Shown: positions 27,653-36,925 of the stretch, piece by piece
Position numbering within the stretch: position 1 is the stretch's first letter
How the letters are laid out: each line of letters begins with the position of its first letter
From: Chloroflexota bacterium
Lineage (GTDB): Bacteria > Chloroflexota > Dehalococcoidia > Lucifugimonadales > JADFKI01
Direction of reading: 5' to 3'
DNA length: 43,693 bases
Assembly (NCBI GenBank): GCA_022572805.1
Contig: JACZVF010000002.1
Location: 1-43,693 of the forward strand
Program-made: the position numbers and the translations under genes
Notes under the pieces: model-generated
The model's database searches: none
Told to the model about the DNA's origin: nothing
The model's input: the letters and a program-made list of their open reading frames with translations, nothing else

Positions 27653-29038
27653 CTAGCCGTTCGGTCCTACCTTGGCCGGTTCACCGCCTTCGTATGCTCC
27701 GAAGGTGTATGCGAAGAGCGAAAAATCAGGTGAGTTGGAGCTAAGTTTCAGCACGTGACCTTCGAATTCGGCCAGTGTAACGATGTTGTACAACCGCCAG
27801 CCGTCGACGAAAATGTATGGACCGTCAGGCCCGTCGAACATCACGTCCACGCCGGCGTTTTCCGGACTGATCGGCTCGTCATCCAGCAGCACACGCACCT
27901 TGAGGGGCTCGCCCTCGCCTGGAGCCATTACGGCGTTGACGCTGGTGGCGAAGAACTTGGTGGCCAGGTAGTCTTCGTAGCCGTCCGTGCTCCGGGCGTG
28001 AACCAGACGTTCCGCCTCGTTGCGCCAGAGGCCCTGAATGTATAGGAAGTGGTTTTCGTAATCCCCAGGGTCCTGATAATTGTACTCAGAATCTCTGTTC
28101 TCGAAGTACTCCCTTTGTGCGACGTATGGCGGTGCGGAACGGGACAGCAATGTGCCCAGGTTGCGCTCGTACCCTGCATAAAGCTCTCTCGTGAGACCCA
28201 GGCCAGGCGAGGCCGCCCCGGCTGCGGAGCTATGCGTCGGCTCGGGCGCTGTGTCGGCGGAAACCCTGGACAGGTCCGCCCCTGCCTCGATTAGCAGGCT
28301 TCGAATCCACAACTCGGTCTCTTCGTAGGAGCCTTCGCCAAAGTGTGTATACCGGATCCTGCCCTCTGCGTCCACCAGGTACTTGGCCGGCCAGAACCTG
28401 TTATTGAACGCCCTCCAGGTCCCCATCTCGTTGTCCTGCGCCACGGGCCAGGTGATGCCGAACTCCTCCGTGGCCCGGACGACGTTGTCTCGTTCTTTTT
28501 CGAAATCGAACTCCGGCGCATGCACGCCAACGATTACCAGACCGTGGTCCTTGTATTTTTCGTGCCAGACCTTCAGAAAGGGAAACGTTCGAATGCAGTT
28601 GATACATGTGTAGGTCCAGAAGTCAACCAGCACCACCTTGCCGCGTTGCTCCCCGAATGTGAGCGGCTCGGAGTTTATCCAACTTGCAATGTCGCGAATC
28701 TCAGGGACTTGCCTTTCGTCGCCGGTGGGAATCCTCACGATGTCGTGAATAACATCTTGCGTGCTGTCGGCAGCTTCCGAGGTAACCGGCGCTTCCGGCG
28801 CTGACTGGGCGGTCGCCGTCGGGACCTCTGTGGCAGACTCGGCGGGCGCAGCAAAAGTCGCAGGCGGAGCGGTTGCAGCAGCCGGTGCTGTATCAGAAGC
28901 AGGTGTGTTGCCCGTGCAAGCGGCCAGCAATGGGACCAACAGGCCGATTAGGACGATGGCTAAAGATTTATCCAACATTTGCCTCACTTGAGCCATTTGA
29001 TGCCATTTTCGGATAAGTGATTGCGATGAGAACCCCAC
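27653..29038 (-). CDS. Thioredoxin-like (TlpA/DipZ C-terminal-like) lipoprotein with an extra C-terminal beta domain
   Basis: VVLVDFWTYTCINCIRTFP holds the CxxC motif. The redoxin fold is followed by a ~200-aa beta-rich domain, as in the DipZ C-terminal region. A lipobox (LLAAC) is present. The true start is probably ATG 28996 or 28978. Confidence 0.75.
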   Translation of the reverse strand: MGFSSQSLIRKWHQMAQVRQMLDKSLAIVLIGLLVPLLAACTGNTPASDTAPAAATAPPATFAAPAESATEVPTATAQSAPEAPVTSEAADSTQDVIHDIVRIPTGDERQVPEIRDIASWINSEPLTFGEQRGKVVLVDFWTYTCINCIRTFPFLKVWHEKYKDHGLVIVGVHAPEFDFEKERDNVVRATEEFGITWPVAQDNEMGTWRAFNNRFWPAKYLVDAEGRIRYTHFGEGSYEETELWIRSLLIEAGADLSRVSADTAPEPTHSSAAGAASPGLGLTRELYAGYERNLGTLLSRSAPPYVAQREYFENRDSEYNYQDPGDYENHFLYIQGLWRNEAERLVHARSTDGYEDYLATKFFATSVNAVMAPGEGEPLKVRVLLDDEPISPENAGVDVMFDGPDGPYIFVDGWRLYNIVTLAEFEGHVLKLSSNSPDFSLFAYTFGAYEGGEPAKVGPNG

Positions 29039-29228
29039 TCCGTATACCAGGACTCATGAACAGGCGTTTTCGCAATCGGCTAAGGTTGTGATCGAACGGG
29101 GGCATCACCGACAAACTAATTCTACTGGAGAATACGTCAAAAAACAGACCTTCGGATTGGCTGGGGACAAACTTTAAGGATTCCGTAACAATTTTTGCCG
29201 GCGGCCCGCGTTATGCTTGATTCGTTTC

Positions 29229-29257
29229 TTGTCATCGGCCATGCGTCCGGGTATGAT
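29229..29257 (+). promoter_or_regulatory. Sigma70-like promoter TTGTCA-N17-TATGAT
   Basis: The -35 is at 29229-29234 and the -10 at 29252-29257, about 60 nt upstream of the dehydrogenase ATG. Confidence 0.45.
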
Positions 29258-29316
29258 GCAGACCGCAAGCTTGAACAGATCTTAAATACCAGAAGAATCA
29301 ACTTAAGGGGTGCAGC

Positions 29317-30204
29317 ATGAAGGTAGGGTTTATCGGCGTTGGATTCATGGGGAGGCATATGGCCCGGAACGTGGCCAAGGGCGGCCACGACATGACCGTT
29401 TTCGACATTCATAAGGAAGCCGCACAGGAGTTGATAGCCATGGGCGCAACGTGGGCCGACAGCCCCAGGGCCGTCGCCGAGGCCAGCGAGGTCGTGTTCA
29501 CGTCGCTCCCCAGGCCCGAGAATGTGGAAGAGGTCGCCTTGGGCGAGGGCGGCATACTCTCGGGCGCAAAGGCCGGCACGGTCTATTTTGACCTGAGCAC
29601 CACCGACCCCGACACCATATTTCGGATCTCAGAGCGGGCCAATAAACAGGGCATAACCGTGCTGGACGCGCCCGTCAGCGGAGGGACGATTGGCGCGGAG
29701 GCCGCGTCGCTTTGCGTGATGGTCGGCGGCGACAAGATCAAGTACGACCAGTACAAGCCCGTTCTTGACCTCATCGGTGACAAGGTCACTTACTGCGGCG
29801 AACTTGGAAACGGCGCCATCTGCAAGATCGTCAACAACCTGATAGGCCTTAGCTGTAGCGTATTGCTGTCCGAGGCCTTCTCCCTGGGAGTCAAGGCGGG
29901 CGTGGACCCTCAGACTCTGTTCGATGCCATCAAAGGCAGCTCCGGCAATACCCAGACCATGCAGGGCTTCCCCAACGGGCTGTTCAAAGGCAACTTCGAG
30001 CCGGGGTTCATGGTGGACCTGGCCGCCAAGGACGTGGGCCTGGCCACGGAAATGGGCAGGCGGCTACGGGTGCCCATGGAGATATCCAACATAGTTCAGC
30101 AGCGTTACATCGACAGCCAGAACAAAGGCTGGGGCCGTATGGCGGCGGGGTCCGTTGTGCGTGTTCAGGAGGAGCGCGCGGGAGTGGAGATTCGTCTGGA
30201 GTAA
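29317..30204 (+). CDS. NAD(P)-dependent 3-hydroxyisobutyrate / beta-hydroxyacid dehydrogenase family
   Basis: MKVGFIGVGFMGRHMARN forms the Rossmann fold. The conserved motifs DAPVSGG and KIVNN are present. The protein is 295 aa. Confidence 0.9.
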   Translation: MKVGFIGVGFMGRHMARNVAKGGHDMTVFDIHKEAAQELIAMGATWADSPRAVAEASEVVFTSLPRPENVEEVALGEGGILSGAKAGTVYFDLSTTDPDTIFRISERANKQGITVLDAPVSGGTIGAEAASLCVMVGGDKIKYDQYKPVLDLIGDKVTYCGELGNGAICKIVNNLIGLSCSVLLSEAFSLGVKAGVDPQTLFDAIKGSSGNTQTMQGFPNGLFKGNFEPGFMVDLAAKDVGLATEMGRRLRVPMEISNIVQQRYIDSQNKGWGRMAAGSVVRVQEERAGVEIRLE

Positions 30205-30242
30205 CGCCGAGGACCCCCGATGCAACGCCGGGCTTGCATTCA

Positions 30243-30280
30243 TTGACGCTCCTGAGGCCATAACCTAGAATCGAAGTATG
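30243..30280 (+). promoter_or_regulatory. TTGACG-N17-TAGAAT promoter placed for a leaderless M16 peptidase mRNA
   Basis: The -10 ends at 30271 and the ATG begins at 30278, a 6-nt gap with no Shine-Dalgarno sequence. Confidence 0.45.
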
Positions 30281-31570
30281 ACAACTGAAATATCGGATAA
30301 GCCGTCGGCTTTTTGCAAGACGACGTTACCCAATGGTCTTCGCATCATCACCAGCGAAATGCCCCACACCCGATCGGTCAGCATTTGCATATACATAGGG
30401 GTCGGGTCCAGGTACGAAACACCGGAACAGGCCGGGGTTTCTCACTACCTTGAGCACATGGTGTTCAAGGGTACGGAGAGCCGCCCGCAGCCGCAGGAAA
30501 TCAGCGCGGCAATTGAGGGCACAGGCGGCATATTAAACGCCGCCACGGAACACGAGTCCACCGTTTACTGGTGCAAGGTTGCCCAGCCCTATTTCCAGTC
30601 CAGCCTCGAGCTTCTACTGGACATCTTGCGCAACTCCCTCTTCGAGCCGGACGCAATCGAGAAGGAACGCTTGGTCGTCATCGAAGAGCTGAACATGATC
30701 AACGATTACCCGAATTATAAGGTCGACGCACTCATCGACGAGATGCTGTGGCCTGAGCATCCGCTGGGCCGCGACATTGGCGGCAGCAAGGAGTCCGTCT
30801 CAGGCATCACGCGCCAGATGATGCTGGACTTCATGGATAAGCACTACATCCCAACCAACGTCGTTATCAGCGTGGCCGGAAATGTGCCGCACGCCGATGT
30901 GGTGGAGTGCGTGGAGGCTTCATCGCAAGGATGGAAGTCTGGTAAGCAGTCCAGTTGGGCGCCATTCGAGGGCACGCAGCACGAAGCCAAGTCCCAGTTG
31001 GAATACAAGAGGACCGAGCAGGCGCACCTGTCCATAGGGCTGCCGGGCGTCTCGCTGACCCATCCAGATCGCTATCCCACCGACCTCCTCAGCGTCATCC
31101 TCGGCGAGGGCATGAGCAGCCGCCTGTTTGTCGAGGTTCGGGAGAAGCGGGCGCTGGCGTACGACGTTCACAGCGGCGTCTCCCATTTCCTGGATACCGG
31201 GGCCTTCGTAGTCAACGCCGGCGTGGACCCCAAGCGCGTCTACGATGCTGTGCAAACGATCCTGGAGCAGATTGGCTCTATGCGCGACACCGTTCCGGAG
31301 GAAGAACTGGCCAAATCCCAGAACCTGAGCGCCGGACGCCTGCAGCTTCGCATGGAGGATACCAGGGCCGTGGCTAGCTGGGGAGGAAATCAGGAGCTTC
31401 TCCTTGGGGAGATACAAGACCTGGACGACGTTATCAGCAATATCAACGCGGTGACGACGGATGACCTCCACCGGGTGGCCAACGAGTGGCTGGTGACCGA
31501 CAAGCTCAACATGGCCGTTGTCGGTCCGTGCCGGGGCTACCGCCGCCTGGAGAACATGCTCAGGCTCTGA
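30278..31570 (+). CDS. M16-family zinc metallopeptidase (insulinase/pitrilysin-like)
   Basis: The inverted zinc motif HxxEH is present (SHYLEHMVFKGT). The two-domain M16 architecture fits the 430-aa length. Confidence 0.9.
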   Translation: MTTEISDKPSAFCKTTLPNGLRIITSEMPHTRSVSICIYIGVGSRYETPEQAGVSHYLEHMVFKGTESRPQPQEISAAIEGTGGILNAATEHESTVYWCKVAQPYFQSSLELLLDILRNSLFEPDAIEKERLVVIEELNMINDYPNYKVDALIDEMLWPEHPLGRDIGGSKESVSGITRQMMLDFMDKHYIPTNVVISVAGNVPHADVVECVEASSQGWKSGKQSSWAPFEGTQHEAKSQLEYKRTEQAHLSIGLPGVSLTHPDRYPTDLLSVILGEGMSSRLFVEVREKRALAYDVHSGVSHFLDTGAFVVNAGVDPKRVYDAVQTILEQIGSMRDTVPEEELAKSQNLSAGRLQLRMEDTRAVASWGGNQELLLGEIQDLDDVISNINAVTTDDLHRVANEWLVTDKLNMAVVGPCRGYRRLENMLRL

Positions 31571-31685
31571 TTCCGCGCACTCCGCCTTCGCTATTTTGAT
31601 GAGCGAGGGGTCTTCCCGACGCGTCGGAGGACCGGTCCGGCCGCCCAAGTATTGCCCTGGTTGACGCGTCTGTTTACACCCCCGT

Positions 31686-31714
31686 TTGACACAGGGAATG
31701 GACGTTCGTATATT
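31686..31714 (+). promoter_or_regulatory. Sigma70-like promoter TTGACA-N17-TATATT
   Basis: It lies inside the long version of the track ORF (31652), which supports the downstream start at 31766. Confidence 0.45.
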
Positions 31715-31765
31715 CGTCCTGAAATAACCTTCAAGACGGCCACAGGCCCATCACGAGGTGAAGCC

Positions 31766-32785
31766 ATGCCCTACTACATGTACATCACGCTTTCCGAAGA
31801 GGACCGTATTGCCATCTACGAGATGGACCCTGACTCTGGAGACCTGCAACATCGGCAAGACGTGTCTGTTGAAGGGCGGCCGGCCCCGCTGGCGTTGCAC
31901 CCTTCCAAGCGTTACCTGTACGCGGCGCAACGCGACATTAACATGCTTTCCAGCTTTGCCGTGGACCAGTCCACGGGCTCACTATCGCTGATCGGCCAGG
32001 TCTCTCTGGTATCGGACCCCTGTTACCTGGGCATCGACAGAAAGGGCAACTACCTGCTGTCGGCGTACTACGGCGCCGGCAAATGCGCTGTGCACCCTAT
32101 CGGCGGCGACGGCGCGGTGGGAGGCACTCCAACAGAGCTTCTGGACACCGCCAACGGGGCCCACTGCATGCAAACGGACCGTTCCAACCGGTTCGCCTTC
32201 CTGCCGCATATCGCCGGAGGGACCGGTCCTAACGCTATATACCAGTACCTGTTCGACGAAGACAGCGGCAAGCTGACGCCCAATAACCCGGCCACGGTCA
32301 ACCCCGAATCGCAGGTGGGGCCCAGGCACTACTGCTTCCATCCCAGCAAAGACATCCTGTACTTCTCCGATGAGCAGGGCAGCAGCGTGACGGGCTACCA
32401 CCTGGATGTGGACAAGGGAACGCTGGAGGCCTTCCAGACCATATCCACGCTGCCCGACGGGTATGCCGGCAAGAACAGTTGCGCTCAGATTCAGATCGCG
32501 CCGTCCGGCCGCTTTCTTTACGCGCCCAACCGCGGCCACAACAGCATGGCCTGCTTTGCCCTGGACGCGGAGACGGGCCGCCTCACGTCGCTGGGCCAGG
32601 TGCCGGCGGAGGCCATACCCAGGGCCTTTAGCCTGGACCCACAGGGCAAGTTCCTGTACTCAGCGGGCCTGGAGTCGGGACGTTTGGCGGCCTACAGCAT
32701 AGACCAGAGCGGCGGCAGGCTGTCGCCGATCCGCGTTTACGACGTTGGCAAGGCCCCCATGTGGGTGCTGATAACGGAGCTTTAA
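31766..32785 (+). CDS. 7-bladed beta-propeller lactonase (6-phosphogluconolactonase / cis-carboxy-muconate-lactonising-enzyme-like family)
   Basis: The repeated pattern RP..LALHPSKRYLYAA.., DPCYLGIDRKGNYLL.., PRHYCFHPSKDILYF.., QIAPSGRFLYAPNRG.., LDPQGKFLYSA is typical of the Lactonase family. The start is ATG 31766, preceded by GAGGTG. Confidence 0.8.
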   Translation: MPYYMYITLSEEDRIAIYEMDPDSGDLQHRQDVSVEGRPAPLALHPSKRYLYAAQRDINMLSSFAVDQSTGSLSLIGQVSLVSDPCYLGIDRKGNYLLSAYYGAGKCAVHPIGGDGAVGGTPTELLDTANGAHCMQTDRSNRFAFLPHIAGGTGPNAIYQYLFDEDSGKLTPNNPATVNPESQVGPRHYCFHPSKDILYFSDEQGSSVTGYHLDVDKGTLEAFQTISTLPDGYAGKNSCAQIQIAPSGRFLYAPNRGHNSMACFALDAETGRLTSLGQVPAEAIPRAFSLDPQGKFLYSAGLESGRLAAYSIDQSGGRLSPIRVYDVGKAPMWVLITEL

Positions 32786-33167
32786 TTCCAGTAGCCGCGG
32801 AGGCAGGTTCTTCGACGGCCCGAAGTTCGGTCCGCCGCGGTGGGCACCACGAACGGCGGACGCACCTCCCGTTCGCGCTGTCCGACTCGGAAATAGGAAT
32901 ATCTTCGGACTCTCCGCCGCCGTCGTGTTAGTGGGGGCCGAGTCTCCTCGACATATCGAGGGATCGCCGCAGCGGAGAGCCTGTCGAAGGCTGCCACGGT
33001 GCCTGGCACGTCGGGCAAGCCCGAAATGCCTTTTACCCCAAAAAAGCTGTCTATGGCATCGTAAGCCAGACCGTGATTGATTTGCCGGCATCGAGTTGTT
33101 AAGCTATTTAGGTACAAACGTTCAAATAAATTGGCGAAAATAACCCCGAATAAAGAGTGAATATCGT

Positions 33168-34304
33168 ATGCACGAAGTGTTTCAAGAGGCCATAAACCTG
33201 TTGGGCAACGCCGAACCAATGGTGGTCGCCACCGTTATCAGGACCAAGGGGTCGACCCCTCAGAAGCCGGGCTCCAAGCTGCTGGTGCGCAAGGACGGCA
33301 CGGGAGTCGGCACGCTGGGCGGGGGCTGCGTTGAGGGCGACATCTGGTTCGCCGCCAGCGAGCTGATGAAGAGCGGCGGACCCTCCCAGTACCGCGAATA
33401 CGAGCTGAACGAGGAGCTGGCCGCTGAGGACGGCCTGATCTGTGGCGGCACGATGTACTTCCTCATCGACCCGGTGTACAAGCCTGATGAGTACCTGGAT
33501 TTCGCAAAGGAGATTGACAGGGCGTATCAGGGCGGGGAGCCTGTAGCGCTGGCCAGCCTTATCCTTCCCGGCGAAGGCAACGAATCCAAGATCGGAGCCA
33601 AGTTCTTCGTGCGTAGTGACGGCTCCACGGTGGGCACGTTGGGCACGCCTGAGCTGGACGAGCGCGCTGTTGCCAAGGGCACGGAGCTCATGGTCCACGG
33701 GAACAATGAGTATGTCATAACGGATACCGGCTCCGAGTTTTTTGTCGAGGCGTACACTACGCCGCCTCAGCTAGTGCTGTGCGGTGGCGGGCACGTGTCC
33801 AATGCCATAGCGCCCTTGGCCGGCAAACTGGGCTTCCTGGTGTACGTCACGGACGATAGGGCGGAGTTCGCAAATTCGGACCGCTTCCCCGAAGCCGAGA
33901 TGATTGTGGTAAAGACGCCCGATGAGGCATTTCCGGAGATTCCGATAAACCCCAACACGTTCATCATCGTGGCCACAAGGGGCCATCGCTATGACAACGT
34001 GGCCCTGGCTGCGGCGGCGAAAACGTCCGCCAAGTACGTCGGCCTACTAGGCAGCAGGCGCAAGATAATCATGATCTACGAGGACCTCATGCGCGCCGGC
34101 ATCTCAAAAGAGCGCATCGAGGAGTTGAGGGCGCCCATAGGCCTGGACATCCACGCCAGGACTCCGGACGAGATTGCCGTTAGCATCATGGCCGAGATAC
34201 TCATGTTCCGGCTGGGCGGCACCGGCATGCCTATGAAGCTGGAGCAGCGTCACGTCGACAGGATCGAGGGCAAGACCGTCGCCCCTGTTCCGGCCGCCGA
34301 TTAA
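33168..34304 (+). CDS. xdhC: XdhC/CoxI-family molybdoenzyme maturation factor
   Basis: The N-terminal XdhC_CoxI domain is present (ATVIRTKGSTPQKPGSKLLV..DG...GTLGGGCVE). A Rossmann domain follows (LVLCGGGHVSNAIAPLA...ATRGHRYD). Confidence 0.88.
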   Translation: MHEVFQEAINLLGNAEPMVVATVIRTKGSTPQKPGSKLLVRKDGTGVGTLGGGCVEGDIWFAASELMKSGGPSQYREYELNEELAAEDGLICGGTMYFLIDPVYKPDEYLDFAKEIDRAYQGGEPVALASLILPGEGNESKIGAKFFVRSDGSTVGTLGTPELDERAVAKGTELMVHGNNEYVITDTGSEFFVEAYTTPPQLVLCGGGHVSNAIAPLAGKLGFLVYVTDDRAEFANSDRFPEAEMIVVKTPDEAFPEIPINPNTFIIVATRGHRYDNVALAAAAKTSAKYVGLLGSRRKIIMIYEDLMRAGISKERIEELRAPIGLDIHARTPDEIAVSIMAEILMFRLGGTGMPMKLEQRHVDRIEGKTVAPVPAAD

Positions 34305-34307
34305 TTA

Positions 34308-34904
34308 ATGCCGATCATCTCGGCAATACTTTCTGCGGCAGGCATGTCCACGCGCATGGGCCGTCCCAAGCCCCTGCTGGAGTGGCACGGCGTACCACTG
34401 GTCGAATACCAGGTGTTCTCACTGACCGATGCCGGTGTGGACGATGTTCTGGTAGTCCTGGGCCACAATGCTGATGAGGTTTCGCTGGCCGTAGAGATAA
34501 CGCCGGCGAGATGGGTACTCAATCCCGATTACGAAAAGGGCAAGACTACGTCAATCAAGACTGGCCTGATGTCCATTCACCCGAGTGCCGACGCCATCTT
34601 GCTGCTAGCCGTCGACCAGCCGCGAACTTCTGAAATAGTGTCCCAGGTTGTTAACGCCCACGTGGCCAACGGCGCTCTCATAACGTCGCCACGCTACCAG
34701 GGACACGGTGGGCATCCGCTTATTTTCGACGGCTCCCTGAAACCGGAGTTGGAGCGCATTTGTGAGGGGAACCAGGGTTTGCGGGAGGTCTTTGCGGCGC
34801 ATCGCGGCGATGTCTTCGAGCTGCCGATAGACGACCCTATGATCCAGCTGGACCTCAACACGCCGGAGGCCTACGAAGAGGCCAAACGCGTGTATCATGC
34901 CTGA
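34308..34904 (+). CDS. MobA-like NTP transferase (molybdenum cofactor cytidylyl/guanylyl-transferase, MocA-like)
   Basis: AILSAAGMSTRMGRPKPLLEW.G.PL is the MobA/MocA signature. The gene lies 3 nt after xdhC. Confidence 0.85.
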   Translation: MPIISAILSAAGMSTRMGRPKPLLEWHGVPLVEYQVFSLTDAGVDDVLVVLGHNADEVSLAVEITPARWVLNPDYEKGKTTSIKTGLMSIHPSADAILLLAVDQPRTSEIVSQVVNAHVANGALITSPRYQGHGGHPLIFDGSLKPELERICEGNQGLREVFAAHRGDVFELPIDDPMIQLDLNTPEAYEEAKRVYHA

Positions 34905-34924
34905 GGCGTTCCTGGCCTGACGCT

Positions 34925-36805
34925 TTAGGTGCCCCAGTCGGCCCACGCCTTCTCCAGCCTGGCCTGTGTGTCGTTGTATTCGGAGCCCAGACGCGCCACC
35001 TGGTCCACGTCCTGCTTGGTGGACGCGGCCTCTAACCGCCGCTCCAGGCGCTGAAGGCCCTGTTCCAGCTCTGCGATTATTGCCTCGTAGTCCGGCGTCT
35101 GCGTCTTGGGAGCCGACGGGGAAACAGATTTCTTGGCGCTTCCCTTACGTCCTCGGGTTTTGGCGGACGCCGCGGATTTGGCCGTGGGGTCTACGTGCCC
35201 GTCTCGGGACTGCATCCACTCCTCGAAGCCGCCAGGGAAGGACTCCAGCCTGCCCTCGTCGATGATCCACAGCTGGTCGGCCAATTGCGAAATGAGCCTG
35301 CGGTCGTGTGAGACAAACAACAAAGTCCCGCTGTAGTCCTGCAGCGCCTGCTCCAGGGCCTCGCGGCTTGGTATGTCCAGGTGCGTGGTGGGCTCGTCCA
35401 GCACCAGGAAGTTGGGCTCGGCCAGCAGCAACCGGGCCAGGGCCAATCTGCTGCGCTCGCCGCCGCTCAGAGCGGATACGGACTTGAACACGTCGTCGCC
35501 ACGGAACAGGAACCGTGCCAGGTAGTCTCTGGCGCTGGGAATGGGGATGTTCTTGGCGTCAATGAGGCACTCAATGACGGTGGACTCAGACGGCAGGTCG
35601 GTGCTGCCCTGGCTGAAGTAGCCAGGCTCGACATTATGGCCCAGAGTGGCGCTTCCCATCAGGGGCTCCAGTTGGCCAAGCAGCGTATGTATCAGAGTTG
35701 TTTTGCCGATGCCGTTGCTGCCGATTACGCCTGTGTGAGTGCCTCGTGCTAGCTGCAAGTCAGGCACAGACAGCAGAGGCACAGCGCCGGCCCCATCGCG
35801 ATAGCCGACGGTCAGGCCGTTTGTGCTCAGGACTACCTGGCCTGTGCGCGTGTTTTTCACGGAGGTCAGCCGGATGTGCGGCTCGTTTACGACAGGCTTT
35901 TCGATCCGTGTCAGGCGGGCCAAACGGGTCTCACGGCCCTTCGCCTCCCTGGAACGCTGCCCTGCCTTGTACCGCTGTATGAAGTATTCCTCTTTGGCAA
36001 TGAACTCCTGCTGACGTTCGTATTCCTTGAGCTGTCGCGTCACCTGCTCCGACTTTAGCTGCCGGTACTTGCTGTAGTTGCCTGGGAAGGCCTGGAGGGA
36101 GCCCCTGTCCATCTCCCAAATGTGATTGACGACCCTGTCGAGGAAGTAACGGTCGTGGGAGACCACGATGGAGCAGCCCCGAAACTTCGACAGGAACTCC
36201 TCCAGCCAGTCGAGACCCTTAAAGTCCATGTAGTTGGTGGGCTCGTCCAGGATGAGAAAATCAGGCTCGGAAAGCAAGGCCTTGGCAAGGGCCGCCCTGG
36301 TGCGCTCACCGCCGCTGGCGGCGTTGGCCGGTGTATCCAACGTCTCCGCCGGAAGGCCCACGCCGGCCACAACCTGGTCGAACCGATGCTGGTAATCGTA
36401 GCCTCCCAGGGCCTCGTACTCGTCCAGCAGGGAAGCGTAACGGCGTTCTGCCTGCCTTCGCTCTCGGTCGCCTGTCGCCTGTATATCCAGGGCGCTGGAG
36501 GCCATGTCGTCTTCGATGCGCCGCAGGTGGTCGAAGGCGGACATCACCTCGTCGCGCAAGGTGCCGTCGGAGTCTCTATCAGGCGTCTGGGCCACGTAGC
36601 CGATATTTATGCCGCTCTGCCAGGCCACGTGCCCGGCGTCGGGCTGCAACCGGCCTATCAGCACCTTGATAAGCGAGCTTTTGCCGCCGCCGTTGGGGCC
36701 CACGATACCGACGTGGGAGCCCTCATCGACTTGCAGGTCGACGCCGGAAAAGATCTCTACTTCGCCATATAAGAGCCTCAGTTGAGAGGCGGTAAGCACG
36801 GGCAT
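34925..36805 (-). CDS. ABC-F family ATPase (two NBDs, no TM domain)
   Basis: The Walker A motifs are GPNGGGKSS and GSNGIGKTT. Two LSGGE signature motifs are present. There is an inter-domain linker and a Lys/Ala-rich coiled-coil tail. Confidence 0.92.
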   Translation of the reverse strand: MPVLTASQLRLLYGEVEIFSGVDLQVDEGSHVGIVGPNGGGKSSLIKVLIGRLQPDAGHVAWQSGINIGYVAQTPDRDSDGTLRDEVMSAFDHLRRIEDDMASSALDIQATGDRERRQAERRYASLLDEYEALGGYDYQHRFDQVVAGVGLPAETLDTPANAASGGERTRAALAKALLSEPDFLILDEPTNYMDFKGLDWLEEFLSKFRGCSIVVSHDRYFLDRVVNHIWEMDRGSLQAFPGNYSKYRQLKSEQVTRQLKEYERQQEFIAKEEYFIQRYKAGQRSREAKGRETRLARLTRIEKPVVNEPHIRLTSVKNTRTGQVVLSTNGLTVGYRDGAGAVPLLSVPDLQLARGTHTGVIGSNGIGKTTLIHTLLGQLEPLMGSATLGHNVEPGYFSQGSTDLPSESTVIECLIDAKNIPIPSARDYLARFLFRGDDVFKSVSALSGGERSRLALARLLLAEPNFLVLDEPTTHLDIPSREALEQALQDYSGTLLFVSHDRRLISQLADQLWIIDEGRLESFPGGFEEWMQSRDGHVDPTAKSAASAKTRGRKGSAKKSVSPSAPKTQTPDYEAIIAELEQGLQRLERRLEAASTKQDVDQVARLGSEYNDTQARLEKAWADWGT

Positions 36806-36925
36806 AGGTTAAGTCGCTATCCTAAATTCGTCATGGGGGAGTCCAGAAGGGCCTGGGGGATGTGCCCCCAGGAACAAGAGCCCCCTGGGTGGGTGGGAAC
36901 AAGGCATCCACCTTTTTGAGATAGT
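36806..36925 (-). repeat. Copy B of the structured repeat, abutting the ABC-F start codon
   Basis: The reverse complement of 36828-36925 aligns with 26499-26596. Weaker similarity continues to the ABC-F ATG (36805) on one side and for about 40 nt beyond 36925 on the other. Confidence 0.85.

Noticed and set aside
32660-33219. Two overlapping minus-strand ORFs (143 and 145 aa) in the lactonase-xdhC gap
   Set aside because: Both overlap flanking genes and are largely Arg-rich. One short stretch looks protein-like and is mentioned in the findings as an alternative to the RNA hypothesis. Neither ORF is credible as an intact gene.
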